From Nitrospirales bacterium (GTDB lineage Bacteria; Nitrospirota; Nitrospiria; Nitrospirales; UBA8639): 64,000 nucleotides of DNA. Position numbers and translations under genes: made by a program. The DNA lies in contig CBDCWC010000003.1 of assembly GCA_965223295.1 (NCBI GenBank), forward strand, positions 864,001-928,000. The letters are read 5' to 3'. The number at the start of each line of letters is the position of its first letter. Position 1 is the stretch's first letter. Of this stretch, positions 32,243 to 41,622 are shown in pieces. The notes beneath the pieces were generated by a model. That model was not told the origin of the DNA, searched no databases, and saw nothing but the letters and a program-made list of their open reading frames with translations.

Positions 32243-32327
32243 TGAGACGGTCGATTGTGGATGAATCCAGGATAGAGGTGCAAAAGGTTTCAGCTGAGAA
32301 ATAACCAGAATAATCGGGTAGAAAGAT

Positions 32328-34139
32328 TTGGGAGACTTTTTTAAGATGGCAATTGTGGTTCTGATCTTCGGTCTGTTGAGTGGTCCCTCGTTAGCGTGGG
32401 GACAATCGGTGAAGGCCTATGTGGATCGGAATCCGGTGATGGTGGATGAGACGTTTCGGTTGGTGGTTGAAGGAGAAGGCGTGTCATCCAGTGGTGAACC
32501 AGATTTGCGCATGTTGGAAGAGAACTTTGCGCTACTAGGTACCAGCCATAGTCAGCAGATGAGTATCATCAATGGTCGCACTTCTTCTGTAACGAGATGG
32601 ACGACCACCTTAGCACCTAAGCGAACCGGGATGCTGACTATTCCTGCCATTCAAGTCGGGAATCATTCAACTCTTCCTCTGTCCATCACGGTGAAGGAAC
32701 CGACTCAGGCAACTGGAAATGATACTCAGCGGGATATCTTTCTTGAAGCGGAAGTCGACACACATGTCCCCTACGTACAGGGACAAGTATTGCTAACACT
32801 TCGCTTGGTGTCGGCGGTTTCCCTGCAAGAGGGAAAATTGGATGATCCTGAAATAGAATGGGGCATGGTAGAACGTGTGGGCAAAGATACCTCGTATGAA
32901 ACGACCCGAAATAGTCGGCGTTACCAGGTGACAGAGCGTCGTTATGCCATCACGCCTCAAAAAGTTGGAGCTCAAGTTATTCCACCGGTCTTGTTGTCTG
33001 GATCGATTCCAGATGAACAATCCGGGGGCTCGACGCTCGATCAGTTTTTTGGCAACCGTCGGCGAAATCGTAGCAGTGGTCCTTTCACCTCGTTTTTTCA
33101 AACTTTGCGCCCCATTCATGTCTTAAGCCCAAAAGTTTCTCTGACCGTCAAGGATGTGCCTTCGAATGTACAGGGCAAGGTTTGGCTTCCCGCTAAGGAA
33201 TTCATGATTAGGGAATCCTGGTCTAAGGATACGGCAAAGATCCAAATGGGCGAGCCTCTCACCAGAACAGTCGTGATGGTTGCAAAGGGCGTGCGCGGAG
33301 AACAGTTGCCAGAATTGCCAACACCCAACTATGGATCAATCAAAAACTATCCTGATAAGCCTACAATCAAGACAGATTTTGATGGCTGGTGGGTAGTGGG
33401 AACTCGGGAAGAAAAATATGCCTTGGTTCCCACGCAACCCGGCTCGGTGACCATTCCAGGTATCAGTATTCCCTGGTGGAATATTGAACGTGCACAATGG
33501 GAAACTGCCCAACTACCATCCAGAACATTAACGGTGGTCGGAGATATGCCCCCGCAATCATCTAGAACCAGAGCGTCTGAACCTCTTCACTTAGCTGATT
33601 CCGTAGAACACGATCCAATAGAGATTTCGCTTGCTGGATCAGATCAATCCCCCATCATTCACAGATCGAATCAATGGGCATGGATTGCAAGCGGGTTCAT
33701 GGGAGTGTGGGTTCTTACTCTCTTGGGTTGGTGGTGGGATCGGCGTCGACGAAACCAGGGAAACAACGAAGAAGTGGCGACAAAGGTTGAGAAGATTGTG
33801 GAGTCCGAACGTAAAGCAATCCAAGCTGTACAGGCAGCATGTCTTGAACAATCAGCACCAAGAACACGGGAAGCTCTTATAAAATGGGCGTCGATTAAAC
33901 AACAAGGAAAACCATGTTTAAGTCTGGGAACGGCAGCTCGAATGTTGGCTGAGCCTGTTCCAGATAATACAGGTTTGGAAGAAGCCATTTGGAACTTAGA
34001 TCGAACCCTGTATACTACAACCGAACAGCAGACATGGGATGGCCAACATTTCTGGAAAATCATCCAACCAGCTATCACGGCAAAGCCCCAAAAAGTGAAG
34101 AGCACGGACGAATCATTGCCAGAATTATATTTGCACTAA
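32328..34139 (+). CDS. BatD family protein
   Basis: Signal peptide, IINGR, PYVQGQV, VWLPA, IPWWN, C-terminal LPELY. Confidence 0.9.
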   Translation: MGDFFKMAIVVLIFGLLSGPSLAWGQSVKAYVDRNPVMVDETFRLVVEGEGVSSSGEPDLRMLEENFALLGTSHSQQMSIINGRTSSVTRWTTTLAPKRTGMLTIPAIQVGNHSTLPLSITVKEPTQATGNDTQRDIFLEAEVDTHVPYVQGQVLLTLRLVSAVSLQEGKLDDPEIEWGMVERVGKDTSYETTRNSRRYQVTERRYAITPQKVGAQVIPPVLLSGSIPDEQSGGSTLDQFFGNRRRNRSSGPFTSFFQTLRPIHVLSPKVSLTVKDVPSNVQGKVWLPAKEFMIRESWSKDTAKIQMGEPLTRTVVMVAKGVRGEQLPELPTPNYGSIKNYPDKPTIKTDFDGWWVVGTREEKYALVPTQPGSVTIPGISIPWWNIERAQWETAQLPSRTLTVVGDMPPQSSRTRASEPLHLADSVEHDPIEISLAGSDQSPIIHRSNQWAWIASGFMGVWVLTLLGWWWDRRRRNQGNNEEVATKVEKIVESERKAIQAVQAACLEQSAPRTREALIKWASIKQQGKPCLSLGTAARMLAEPVPDNTGLEEAIWNLDRTLYTTTEQQTWDGQHFWKIIQPAITAKPQKVKSTDESLPELYLH

Positions 34140-34152
34140 CACATTGATAGGA

Positions 34153-34186
34153 TTCCCCTCCTTTGTAAGGAGGGGCTAGGGGAGGT
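34153..34186. repeat. REP-like element
   Basis: CCCCTCCTT-TGT-AAGGAGGGG followed by CTAGGGGAGGT. Confidence 0.7.
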
Positions 34187-34242
34187 AGAGACTGCAAGAT
34201 ACTTTTAGCTTTGAGATACGTGTAGTGCTGTCTTGAGCATAA

Positions 34243-34313
34243 TTCTAGATTGAGATGAAGAGATAGATATGACAAGCATGGTTGAGATTGGCGGTTTACG
34301 GAAATTTTTCGGC
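34243..34313 (+). repeat. Direct duplicate of the RBS and 5' end of the ABC ATPase gene (other copy 35036-35106)
   Basis: 44 of the first 46 nt are identical between the two copies. Confidence 0.9.
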
Positions 34314-34327
34314 TCTCTCATTTTGGA

Positions 34328-34639
34328 GTGAATATGTCGGATACCAGTCTTTCTCCGCAACGGTTACGTATATTGTTAGAACAGTTCAAAAAAGACCATG
34401 GAAAGTATTATCAGTTACGTGCCCTAGGCTATTTTGGTTCGTATGCCCGTGACGTGGCTTCGCCTGAAAGCGATGTTGATATTGTCTTCGATACGGATGC
34501 CCCAAACTTGTACATGACTGTCATGCTGAAACAAGACTTAGAAGAAACAATAGGTCGTCCCGTCGATGTGCTTCAACTACGCGGCTTGACAAACTCAAGA
34601 CTAAAAGCGCGTATCGAGAGGGAAGCAATCTATGTATGA
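34328..34639 (+). CDS. Minimal nucleotidyltransferase antitoxin (MntA-like)
   Basis: FGSYAR...SDVDI motif. Confidence 0.9.
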   Translation: MNMSDTSLSPQRLRILLEQFKKDHGKYYQLRALGYFGSYARDVASPESDVDIVFDTDAPNLYMTVMLKQDLEETIGRPVDVLQLRGLTNSRLKARIEREAIYV

Positions 34640-35006
34640 CTCAGAGTTGCTTGTGGAAAAGCTGCAAACTCTGCTTGAGGCTTTAGAGCGCATCCCACGT
34701 CGCTTTTCTGTTATTGCCAGGCCTGAAGATTTTACTTCTAGTGATGAAGGAATCGACCGTATGGATGCTATTTGTATGATTCTTATTGCAGCAGGAGAAG
34801 AGATTAAGAATATTGATCAAAAAACTGAAGGACAATTATTAAGCCGATACCCTGATATTAAGTGGCGTGGTGTCATGGGAGTGCGTGATGTGTTAGCCCA
34901 CGGGTACTTTCAGGTGAATGCCGATCAACTATTTGATATTTGTCAAAACGATATTCCAGCATTGATCACAACGGTGAACAAAATGATTGATGAGATACAA
35001 AACTGA
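34632..35006 (+). CDS. HEPN (DUF86) ribonuclease toxin (HepT-like)
   Basis: RDVLAHGY (R-x4-H); overlaps the MNT gene. Confidence 0.9.
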   Translation: MYDSELLVEKLQTLLEALERIPRRFSVIARPEDFTSSDEGIDRMDAICMILIAAGEEIKNIDQKTEGQLLSRYPDIKWRGVMGVRDVLAHGYFQVNADQLFDICQNDIPALITTVNKMIDEIQN

Positions 35007-35061
35007 TGGAAAACTTGGAAGGCTCATTGTGTTATTTCTAGATTGAGATGAAGAGGTAGAT

Positions 35062-36018
35062 ATGACAAGTATGGTTGAGATCAGCAATTTACAAAAAACC
35101 TTTGGGCCGATTGTTGCCGTCGATGGTGTCTCCTTCAATGTGAGTAAGGGAGAAGTCCTTGGGTTTTTAGGTCCGAATGGGGCAGGGAAATCCACAACGA
35201 TGAAAATGATTACAGGGTTTCTGACGCCGACTAGTGGTACGGTACGCATTTGCGGCCATGATGTGCAGGATGATGCTCTAGCTGCAAAAACGCGTATTGG
35301 CTATCTACCCGAAGGCGCTCCGGCCTACCAAGATATGACGCCTGCTTCGTTTTTGACTTTTGTAGGAGAGATGCGAGGCCATCGTGGGGAGGCTCTCAAG
35401 CGTACCGTGCATGAAACCGTGGAAAAGGTGAATCTGCAATCGGTTTTGGATCAGCCAATTGAAACACTCTCAAAAGGATTTAAACGCCGCGTTGGTTTGG
35501 CGCAAGCTATACTGCATGATCCGGATGTCCTAGTCTTGGACGAGCCCACCGATGGGTTAGACCCCAACCAAAAGCACGAAGTCCGTACCTTGATTCGCGC
35601 GATGGCTCAAGAGAAAGCCATTATTCTTTCCACGCATATTTTAGAAGAAGTGCATGCCGTTTGTTCTCGGGCCATGATCATAGCGAAAGGGAAAGTCGTG
35701 TCTGACGGCACGCCTGCTGAATTGGAAGGACAAGCACCCACGCATAATACGGTTCTGATTACGGTGAGTGGAGTGGAATCAGCAATAGCCCGCGAACGCT
35801 TCATGACGGTGAAGGGAGTAAAAAAAGTGGAAGATCAGGGCAAAGATGGTGATCTTGTACAGCTGAGAATTTACCCCGAGGATGGACAATGGATTCTACC
35901 CGACGTTGGCCAATATGCGCGGGAGCAAGGGTGGGACGTACGAGAACTCTATCATGATCGAGGACAATTAGATGATGTCTTTCGTCTTTTGACCACGACA
36001 AAACAAGCACTTTCTTAA
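35062..36018 (+). CDS. ABC transporter ATP-binding protein (GldA-like)
   Basis: GPNGAGKST, LSKGF, LVLDEPT motifs. Confidence 0.95.
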   Translation: MTSMVEISNLQKTFGPIVAVDGVSFNVSKGEVLGFLGPNGAGKSTTMKMITGFLTPTSGTVRICGHDVQDDALAAKTRIGYLPEGAPAYQDMTPASFLTFVGEMRGHRGEALKRTVHETVEKVNLQSVLDQPIETLSKGFKRRVGLAQAILHDPDVLVLDEPTDGLDPNQKHEVRTLIRAMAQEKAIILSTHILEEVHAVCSRAMIIAKGKVVSDGTPAELEGQAPTHNTVLITVSGVESAIARERFMTVKGVKKVEDQGKDGDLVQLRIYPEDGQWILPDVGQYAREQGWDVRELYHDRGQLDDVFRLLTTTKQALS

Positions 36019-36055
36019 AACGTGACAGGATAAATGAGACCAGCAAGGAGGTATT

Positions 36056-36790
36056 GTGGAACGCATTCGAGTGATATTTAAGCGGGAATTAGCGGGATAT
36101 TTCGCCACGCCCATTGCAGCAGTCTTTATTGTCATCTTTCTGATGCTCAGTGGGGCCTTTACGTTTTACTTGGGCAACTTCTTTATCCGGGGACAAGCCG
36201 ATTTAGTTCCGTTTTTTGATTTTCATCCATGGCTCTACCTCGTACTCATTCCGGCTCTGGCGATGCGCCTGTGGGCGGAGGAGCGACGATCAGGCACGAT
36301 TGAATTATTGCTCACGTTGCCGGTCACCATGTGGGAAGCGGTCATGGGAAAGTTCTTAGCCGCCTGGTGTTTCACAGGCATCGCGCTAGCATTGACTTTT
36401 CCAATGTGGATTACCGTGAACTTGCTAGGCGAACCTGATAATGGAGTTATCTTTGCCAGCTATATCGGCAGCCTGCTAATGGCTGGTGGATTTCTCGCCA
36501 TTGGTTCCTGCATTTCAGCTCTGACTAAAAATCAAGTGATCGCTTTTGTGGTGAGCGTCGTGATTTGCTTGGGATTTATTTTAAGTGGTTTCCCCCTCGT
36601 TCTAGAACTCTTTAGCGGGTGGGCACCACAATTTCTGCTCAGTGCCATTAGCTCATTTAGCTTCTTGACGCATTTCCAGTCTATCAGCAAAGGGGTTTTG
36701 GATTTGCGGGATATTGTCTACTTCCTCTCACTCATTGCGTTTTGGTTATTTGCAACAGCAACCGTCATTGATATGAAAAAGGCCGAGTAA
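36056..36790 (+). CDS. ABC-2 permease (GldF-like)
   Basis: MRLWAEERRSGTIELLLTLP; six TM segments. Confidence 0.92.
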   Translation: MERIRVIFKRELAGYFATPIAAVFIVIFLMLSGAFTFYLGNFFIRGQADLVPFFDFHPWLYLVLIPALAMRLWAEERRSGTIELLLTLPVTMWEAVMGKFLAAWCFTGIALALTFPMWITVNLLGEPDNGVIFASYIGSLLMAGGFLAIGSCISALTKNQVIAFVVSVVICLGFILSGFPLVLELFSGWAPQFLLSAISSFSFLTHFQSISKGVLDLRDIVYFLSLIAFWLFATATVIDMKKAE

Positions 36791-36843
36791 GGTGTAAGGC
36801 CGCCTATGGCCCAAGAAATGACTAATCAATTTATGAGGGATCT

Positions 36844-38772
36844 ATGAATAAACGATTGTTGACAGGTACCGGAATTGCCCTGGCCGCGGTGTTGTTTGGG
36901 GCATTCAATATGATTAGTAATGCGGCTTTACGTTCGGCCCGCTTTGATTTAACAGAACATCAACTTTATACCTTGTCGGAGGGCACAAAAAACGTGCTTG
37001 GAAATTTGGCCGAACCCATCACGTTGCGTTTTTATCTGTCGAAAAAGTTAGCGACCGGCCTTCCTGGGATTAAGGGATATGCCACGCGGGTTCAAGAAAT
37101 GTTGGAAGAATATGCCCAAGTCGCAGACGGCCAACTTGTGCTGCATGTGCAAGACCCCGAACCATTCTCTGAAGAAGAAGATCGCGCCGTGGCTTATGGT
37201 TTACAAGGGATCCCATTAGATAACGGCAGTACCCAATTTTACTTTGGCTTGGCCGGAAGCAGCTCAACCGATGAGTTAGAAGTCATTCCGTTTTTCCAAC
37301 CAGAACGGGAAGAGTTTTTAGAATATGATCTTACGAAAATGATTCATTCCCTAGCCAACCCCAAGAAAAAGTTTTTGGGGTTAATCAGCTCATTGCCCAT
37401 TGATGGAGCAGGGGCGATGCCTATGATGCAGCAACCTGGGGGCAGCCAGCCCTGGTTGATTGTGACTCATATCGAACAGATGTTTGAGATAAAAAAAATC
37501 GAACCGACTGTGAGCACCATACCGGAAGACGTGAGTGTTCTGATGGTGGTGCATCCTAAAACCCTCAGTGACCCCACGCTCTATGCCATTGATCAGTTTG
37601 TCCTCAATGGTGGACACGCCATGATTTTCGTGGATCCACTCGCCGAATCCGATAGAAGTGGTGGGAACCCCATGAATCCCATGGGCGGTGGAGGTCCTGG
37701 AAAATCGGATCTCCCGAAATTATTCGAGGCATGGGGTTTGGAAATGGTAAAGGGGAAAGTATTGGGCGATTTGCCGTTGGCTAAGAAAGTGCAAATCCCG
37801 CAACAGTCCAGAATGCAGGTCGTCGACTATCCCGTGTGGGTGGATTTTCGGCCCGAACATTTTAGCGCGGATGATATTGTGACCGCACAAGTGCCAACAA
37901 TTACCGTAGCCTCTGCTGGCATCCTGCAAAAAAAGGGAGACGTGGGGACAGAACTCTCGCCATTAATCCAATCTGATGAAGCCGCTATGAAAATTGATGC
38001 TTCACGCTTATCGTTCATGCCAGATCTTGGAGGCATTCTCAGCAGCTATCAACCCGAAGGTGAAAAAATGATCGTGGCAGCCCGGGTGACCGGAAAAGTG
38101 AAAACCGCCTTTCCTGATGGCAAGCCCAAAGAGCCTGAACAGGAAAAATCCCCGAACGCTGCCCCTTCTTCTGATTCAGATGACTCGTCGTTGCCCAAGC
38201 CTCATATGGCTGAATCGAAAGATGCCATTAACGTGATTGTGGTGGCTGATACGGATATTTTACAGGATAAGTTTTGGGCACAAGTACAAAATTTCTTTGG
38301 CCAACGGATCGGCATTCCCACCTCGGGAAATGGGACATTCGTGACGAATGCCCTCGATAATCTGACGGGAAGCAATGATTTGATCAGCGTCAGAAGCCGG
38401 GCCGGCTATTCTCGTCCGTTTACCCTATTGCGTGAATTACAGCAGGATGCTGAACAGCAATTCCGCCAAAAAGAACAAGCTCTGCAAGAACGCTTAAAAG
38501 CCACTGAAGGCAAAATTCAAGAATTGCAAAGTCAAAAGACCGAAGGCAGCGCGATGATCATGAGTGTGGAACAACAGAACGCCATGAACACGTTCAGGCA
38601 AGATTTAGTCCAGGTTCGAAAAGAATTGCGGAGCGTACAGCATGAATTAGGCAAAAATATTGAAAGCGTTGAAAGCTGGGTAAAATTTATCAACATCGGT
38701 CTTGTGCCGCTTGTCATTAGCATTGTCGGAGTATGGATGAGTTCGTCCCGCCTCCGGAAAAAATCTGGGTAG
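36844..38772 (+). CDS. GldG family ABC auxiliary component
   Basis: RFDLTEHQLYTLS, LEYDLT, AIDQFVLNGG. Confidence 0.88.
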   Translation: MNKRLLTGTGIALAAVLFGAFNMISNAALRSARFDLTEHQLYTLSEGTKNVLGNLAEPITLRFYLSKKLATGLPGIKGYATRVQEMLEEYAQVADGQLVLHVQDPEPFSEEEDRAVAYGLQGIPLDNGSTQFYFGLAGSSSTDELEVIPFFQPEREEFLEYDLTKMIHSLANPKKKFLGLISSLPIDGAGAMPMMQQPGGSQPWLIVTHIEQMFEIKKIEPTVSTIPEDVSVLMVVHPKTLSDPTLYAIDQFVLNGGHAMIFVDPLAESDRSGGNPMNPMGGGGPGKSDLPKLFEAWGLEMVKGKVLGDLPLAKKVQIPQQSRMQVVDYPVWVDFRPEHFSADDIVTAQVPTITVASAGILQKKGDVGTELSPLIQSDEAAMKIDASRLSFMPDLGGILSSYQPEGEKMIVAARVTGKVKTAFPDGKPKEPEQEKSPNAAPSSDSDDSSLPKPHMAESKDAINVIVVADTDILQDKFWAQVQNFFGQRIGIPTSGNGTFVTNALDNLTGSNDLISVRSRAGYSRPFTLLRELQQDAEQQFRQKEQALQERLKATEGKIQELQSQKTEGSAMIMSVEQQNAMNTFRQDLVQVRKELRSVQHELGKNIESVESWVKFINIGLVPLVISIVGVWMSSSRLRKKSG

Positions 38773-38854
38773 AACGATTCATTCATCAAGACATATCGAA
38801 TTGACGTAGCTATCTAACAGTCAAACAAATATTTAGAATGCTTAAAGGAACGCT

Positions 38855-40009
38855 ATGAAGTCGAAAACGATAGGCCTCTTGGCCGGCATCACCATCCTGG
38901 GAATACTCTTAGCGATTTTTCTAAACCGTGAGCCTTCGTCCACCATTTCTCAAAGTGGGCAGAAACTGTTTCCTGAACTAACAAACCTTGTGAACGATAT
39001 AGATGAAGTAGTGATTCAGACCAAAGAACAAACCGTCACATTAAAGCGCGACGGTCAGACCTGGGGCGTAAAAGAGAAAGCCCGTTATCGCGCCAATTTT
39101 GAAAAGGTAAAACACGTTATTGTTGGATTAGCAGAGTTACGCATTGTTGAACCCAAAACCAAAACCCCAGAATTATATGAACGACTGGGATTACAAGATA
39201 CGGATCAAGAAGGCTCATTATCTAAGATGGTCACGCTGAAGACTACTGACAATCCCGAAGCAGCCAGAATTGTCGTGGGGAACCAAAAGCCAGCGAAAAG
39301 TAATCCGCGTATGAGTGATATCTATATACGGAAACCAGATGATCCGCAAACATGGTTGGTAACAGGCAATCTGCCGCTAGAGACTGTTTCAGGTGAATGG
39401 CTGGACAAAGAAGTCACAGCATTGACGACCAAACGTGTTCATCAGGTGACCGTGACACACCCAAAAGGAGAAACCCTTCATCTGTCTAAAGCGAAGCCGG
39501 AGGATTTAGATTTTCACCTAGACTCAGTTCCTGACGGCTTTAAGGTTTCTTCGCAGTTTAATGTGAATAATGTCGTGGGTACATTGGTACAGTTGGAACT
39601 AGAAGATGTGAAGCCACAAGCAGAGGTAGATTTTTCTGCTAATCCAGGGGTATCAGCAGTCTTAGAAACCTTTGATGGGTTACGCCTGCATGTGGAGACA
39701 ACCAAGCAAGATGAGAAAGTGTTGGCTAAGGTTTCGGCTGAATTTGATAGCAACATCATTCAACCCACAGAGTCTGATCCCAAACCAGAAGCCAGCGAAA
39801 AAGCTGATGATGCAGAAACCGCGACAAATGAGAACGATACGGCGACGGAAGCTCCTAAGAAAGAATCACTCCTTAAAAAGCCAGAGGACGTGCAAAAAGA
39901 AATTGAATCAATCAATCAACGCGTCAAAAACTGGGCCTATGTGCTCCCCTCCTTCAAAGTCGAAAACTTCTCCAAATTGAAAAAAGACCTCATTTCAAAA
40001 GAAGAATAA
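38855..40009 (+). CDS. DUF4340-type protein
   Basis: N-terminal TM; usual fourth gene of Gld-like ABC operons. Confidence 0.75.
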   Translation: MKSKTIGLLAGITILGILLAIFLNREPSSTISQSGQKLFPELTNLVNDIDEVVIQTKEQTVTLKRDGQTWGVKEKARYRANFEKVKHVIVGLAELRIVEPKTKTPELYERLGLQDTDQEGSLSKMVTLKTTDNPEAARIVVGNQKPAKSNPRMSDIYIRKPDDPQTWLVTGNLPLETVSGEWLDKEVTALTTKRVHQVTVTHPKGETLHLSKAKPEDLDFHLDSVPDGFKVSSQFNVNNVVGTLVQLELEDVKPQAEVDFSANPGVSAVLETFDGLRLHVETTKQDEKVLAKVSAEFDSNIIQPTESDPKPEASEKADDAETATNENDTATEAPKKESLLKKPEDVQKEIESINQRVKNWAYVLPSFKVENFSKLKKDLISKEE

Positions 40010-40027
40010 CAGGCAAATTCTTAAAAA

Positions 40028-40065
40028 CCCCCCTCGCCATTCTAGGGAGAGGGTTGGGGCGAGGG
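40028..40065. repeat. REP-like element
   Basis: CCCTCGCC...GGGAGAGGGTTGGGGCGAGGG. Confidence 0.7.
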
Positions 40066-40113
40066 TAAAAACGCAATTAGGATGTAAAACACCATAAAAC
40101 TATTGTGTGCCAA

Positions 40114-40743
40114 CTAACTATCTTGTTCAGACGAACCTGTTAAAGCGGTCTGCAATTCCTCATACACTTGCATCAAACGCGAATCTTCTAAGCGATAGGC
40201 GAAAGCCAGGAGGATAACGCCACCTACCAACACGAGTAAACCCAAGGCTATCATTCCCATCCCCCAAAATATCCCCCCGACTGTTCCAAATCCTCCATCA
40301 ATCGCATACATGGCTAGAAATCCCAGCGTGCCCCCAATCACAAAAAGAAGCCAAATGGACGTCAGAATTGCAGAAGACCACGGGATTCGTTTGGATAATT
40401 GAAGTTCAAGCTGATCGTCCTGGAAGCGATAGTCCAGCGTTCCTTTCAAGGGCCATGCCGTTCGAAATCGTAAAGAAAACATTTTGTAATAAGGGCGAAT
40501 GACGATGGCTTGCTGATCCGCCACCCATCGAGCCACGCCATGAGGAAGCGGAATGGTACTGCTTGTTTTAAATATTCGAGGAAAGGAATTGTTTGGCTTG
40601 GGAAGTAAATCTTTGCGTCGGGCCAGTGGACATCCATAACGACAGGCCCAGGGCTTCAGCGTGGTGAATTGAAACCAGTCACCAATGACAAGGGCCAAAC
40701 CCATAACCAGAGCAAAAATACTGGGAAGCAACATAGGATTCAA
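40114..40743 (-). CDS. Hypothetical membrane protein
   Basis: About 205 aa ORF with three hydrophobic helices. Confidence 0.7.
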   Translation of the reverse strand: MNPMLLPSIFALVMGLALVIGDWFQFTTLKPWACRYGCPLARRKDLLPKPNNSFPRIFKTSSTIPLPHGVARWVADQQAIVIRPYYKMFSLRFRTAWPLKGTLDYRFQDDQLELQLSKRIPWSSAILTSIWLLFVIGGTLGFLAMYAIDGGFGTVGGIFWGMGMIALGLLVLVGGVILLAFAYRLEDSRLMQVYEELQTALTGSSEQDS

Positions 40744-40795
40744 AACATATCACACGAAACCTTGAGACCACACGCAAGAAATTCATGAACTTTGA

Positions 40796-40825
40796 TTGAC
40801 TTCCATGTGATGCCTCTACTAGTAT
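40796..40825 (+). promoter_or_regulatory. Putative sigma70 promoter of the tRNA gene
   Basis: TTGACT-18 bp-TAGTAT, ending 5 nt before the tRNA. Confidence 0.5.
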
Positions 40826-40864
40826 CGATCCGCGGGGTGGAGCAGTCTGGTAGCTCGTTGGGCT

Positions 40865-41521
40865 CATTCCGTAGGATAATCTTGAGCACAAAGCTCAAAG
40901 GGGACATCGCAGAACAAACAGCCGTACTTCACGCTCTGAAGCATGGCTGGGGCGTTCTAAAACCACTAGGAGACCGATTGCCTTATGATCTGGTCTCTGA
41001 TGTTGGTGGGACGTTGGTGAAGGTCCAAGTCAAAGGAGCATGGTTCGATGAAAGTCGCGGCAACTTTATTGTGGACACTCGTCGAACAAAAACAAACCGT
41101 AGGAACATGGTTCGTGAGCCATATCTTCCATCGGATTTTGATTTTGCCCTTGCCTACCTTCAAGACTTTGACCTGTTCTATATATTCCCCGTTGAAGTGT
41201 TCATCAGTTATGCCAGTGAAATTCACCTGGTAGAAACTGACAAGCGGCAAAGAAAGCCACGGTCCGCTAAATACCGTAACGCTTGGGATCTCATCCTACA
41301 TTGGGCTGTACAGAAGGAAACTTCTGTATGAACACCTGTCAAATTCGGGGAAGCCACTAGCGGGGTAATCCCGAGCCAAGCTCTCTTAGTGCAAACAGCT
41401 GAGAGAGAAGGTGTAGAGACTTGATGGCAGGCACCCTAACGGCAGCGATGGCTGGCCGAGGGTGAAGGGAAAGTCCAGACCACAAACTGATCACTCAGGC
41501 AGCGGAAGCTGTAGTGGTACG
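40865..41521 (+). ncRNA. Group I intron (657 nt) in the anticodon loop, after U33
   Basis: P AAATTCGGGGAA (41341), Q AATCCCGAGC (41367), R GTGTAGAGACT (41411), S AAGGGAAAGTCC (41465), P3 CCTGTC/GGCAGG, terminal G at 41521. Confidence 0.95.
40882..41331 (+). CDS. Intron-encoded PD-(D/E)xK homing endonuclease, I-Ssp6803I-like (149 aa)
   Basis: TTG start after AGGA; MSTKLKGDIAE...LPYDLV...KVQVK...RRTKTNRR...HLVETDKRQRKPRS. Confidence 0.92.
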   Translation: MSTKLKGDIAEQTAVLHALKHGWGVLKPLGDRLPYDLVSDVGGTLVKVQVKGAWFDESRGNFIVDTRRTKTNRRNMVREPYLPSDFDFALAYLQDFDLFYIFPVEVFISYASEIHLVETDKRQRKPRSAKYRNAWDLILHWAVQKETSV

Positions 41522-41584
41522 CATAACCCAAAGGTCGAGGGTTCAAATCCCTCCCCCGCAACCAAGAACATAGAATTGACTCTC

Positions 41585-41622
41585 AAGCCCTTGTCGGGGT
41601 CACCGACAAGGGCTTTTTTTTT
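41585..41622 (+). terminator. Rho-independent terminator of the tRNA gene
   Basis: AAGCCCTTGTCGG-GGTCA-CCGACAAGGGCTT followed by a T run. Confidence 0.92.

Larger units (their letters stand above)
40831..41564 (+). tRNA. Initiator tRNA-fMet(CAT), split by an intron; exons 40831-40864 and 41522-41564
   Basis: Spliced 77-nt CGCGGGGTGGAGCAGTCTGGTAGCTCGTTGGGCT|CATAACCCAAAGGTCGAGGGTTCAAATCCCTCCCCCGCAACCA; C1-A72 mismatch, GGG/CCC anticodon stem, encoded CCA. Confidence 0.97.

Noticed and set aside
31864-32283. Several overlapping 60-125 aa ORFs
   Set aside because: They arise from GC-rich repeat hairpins and show no protein-like motifs.
40792-40881. N-terminal extension of the 179-aa ORF 40792-41331
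   Set aside because: It runs through the promoter and tRNA exon 1; endonuclease similarity and the RBS point to TTG at 40882.
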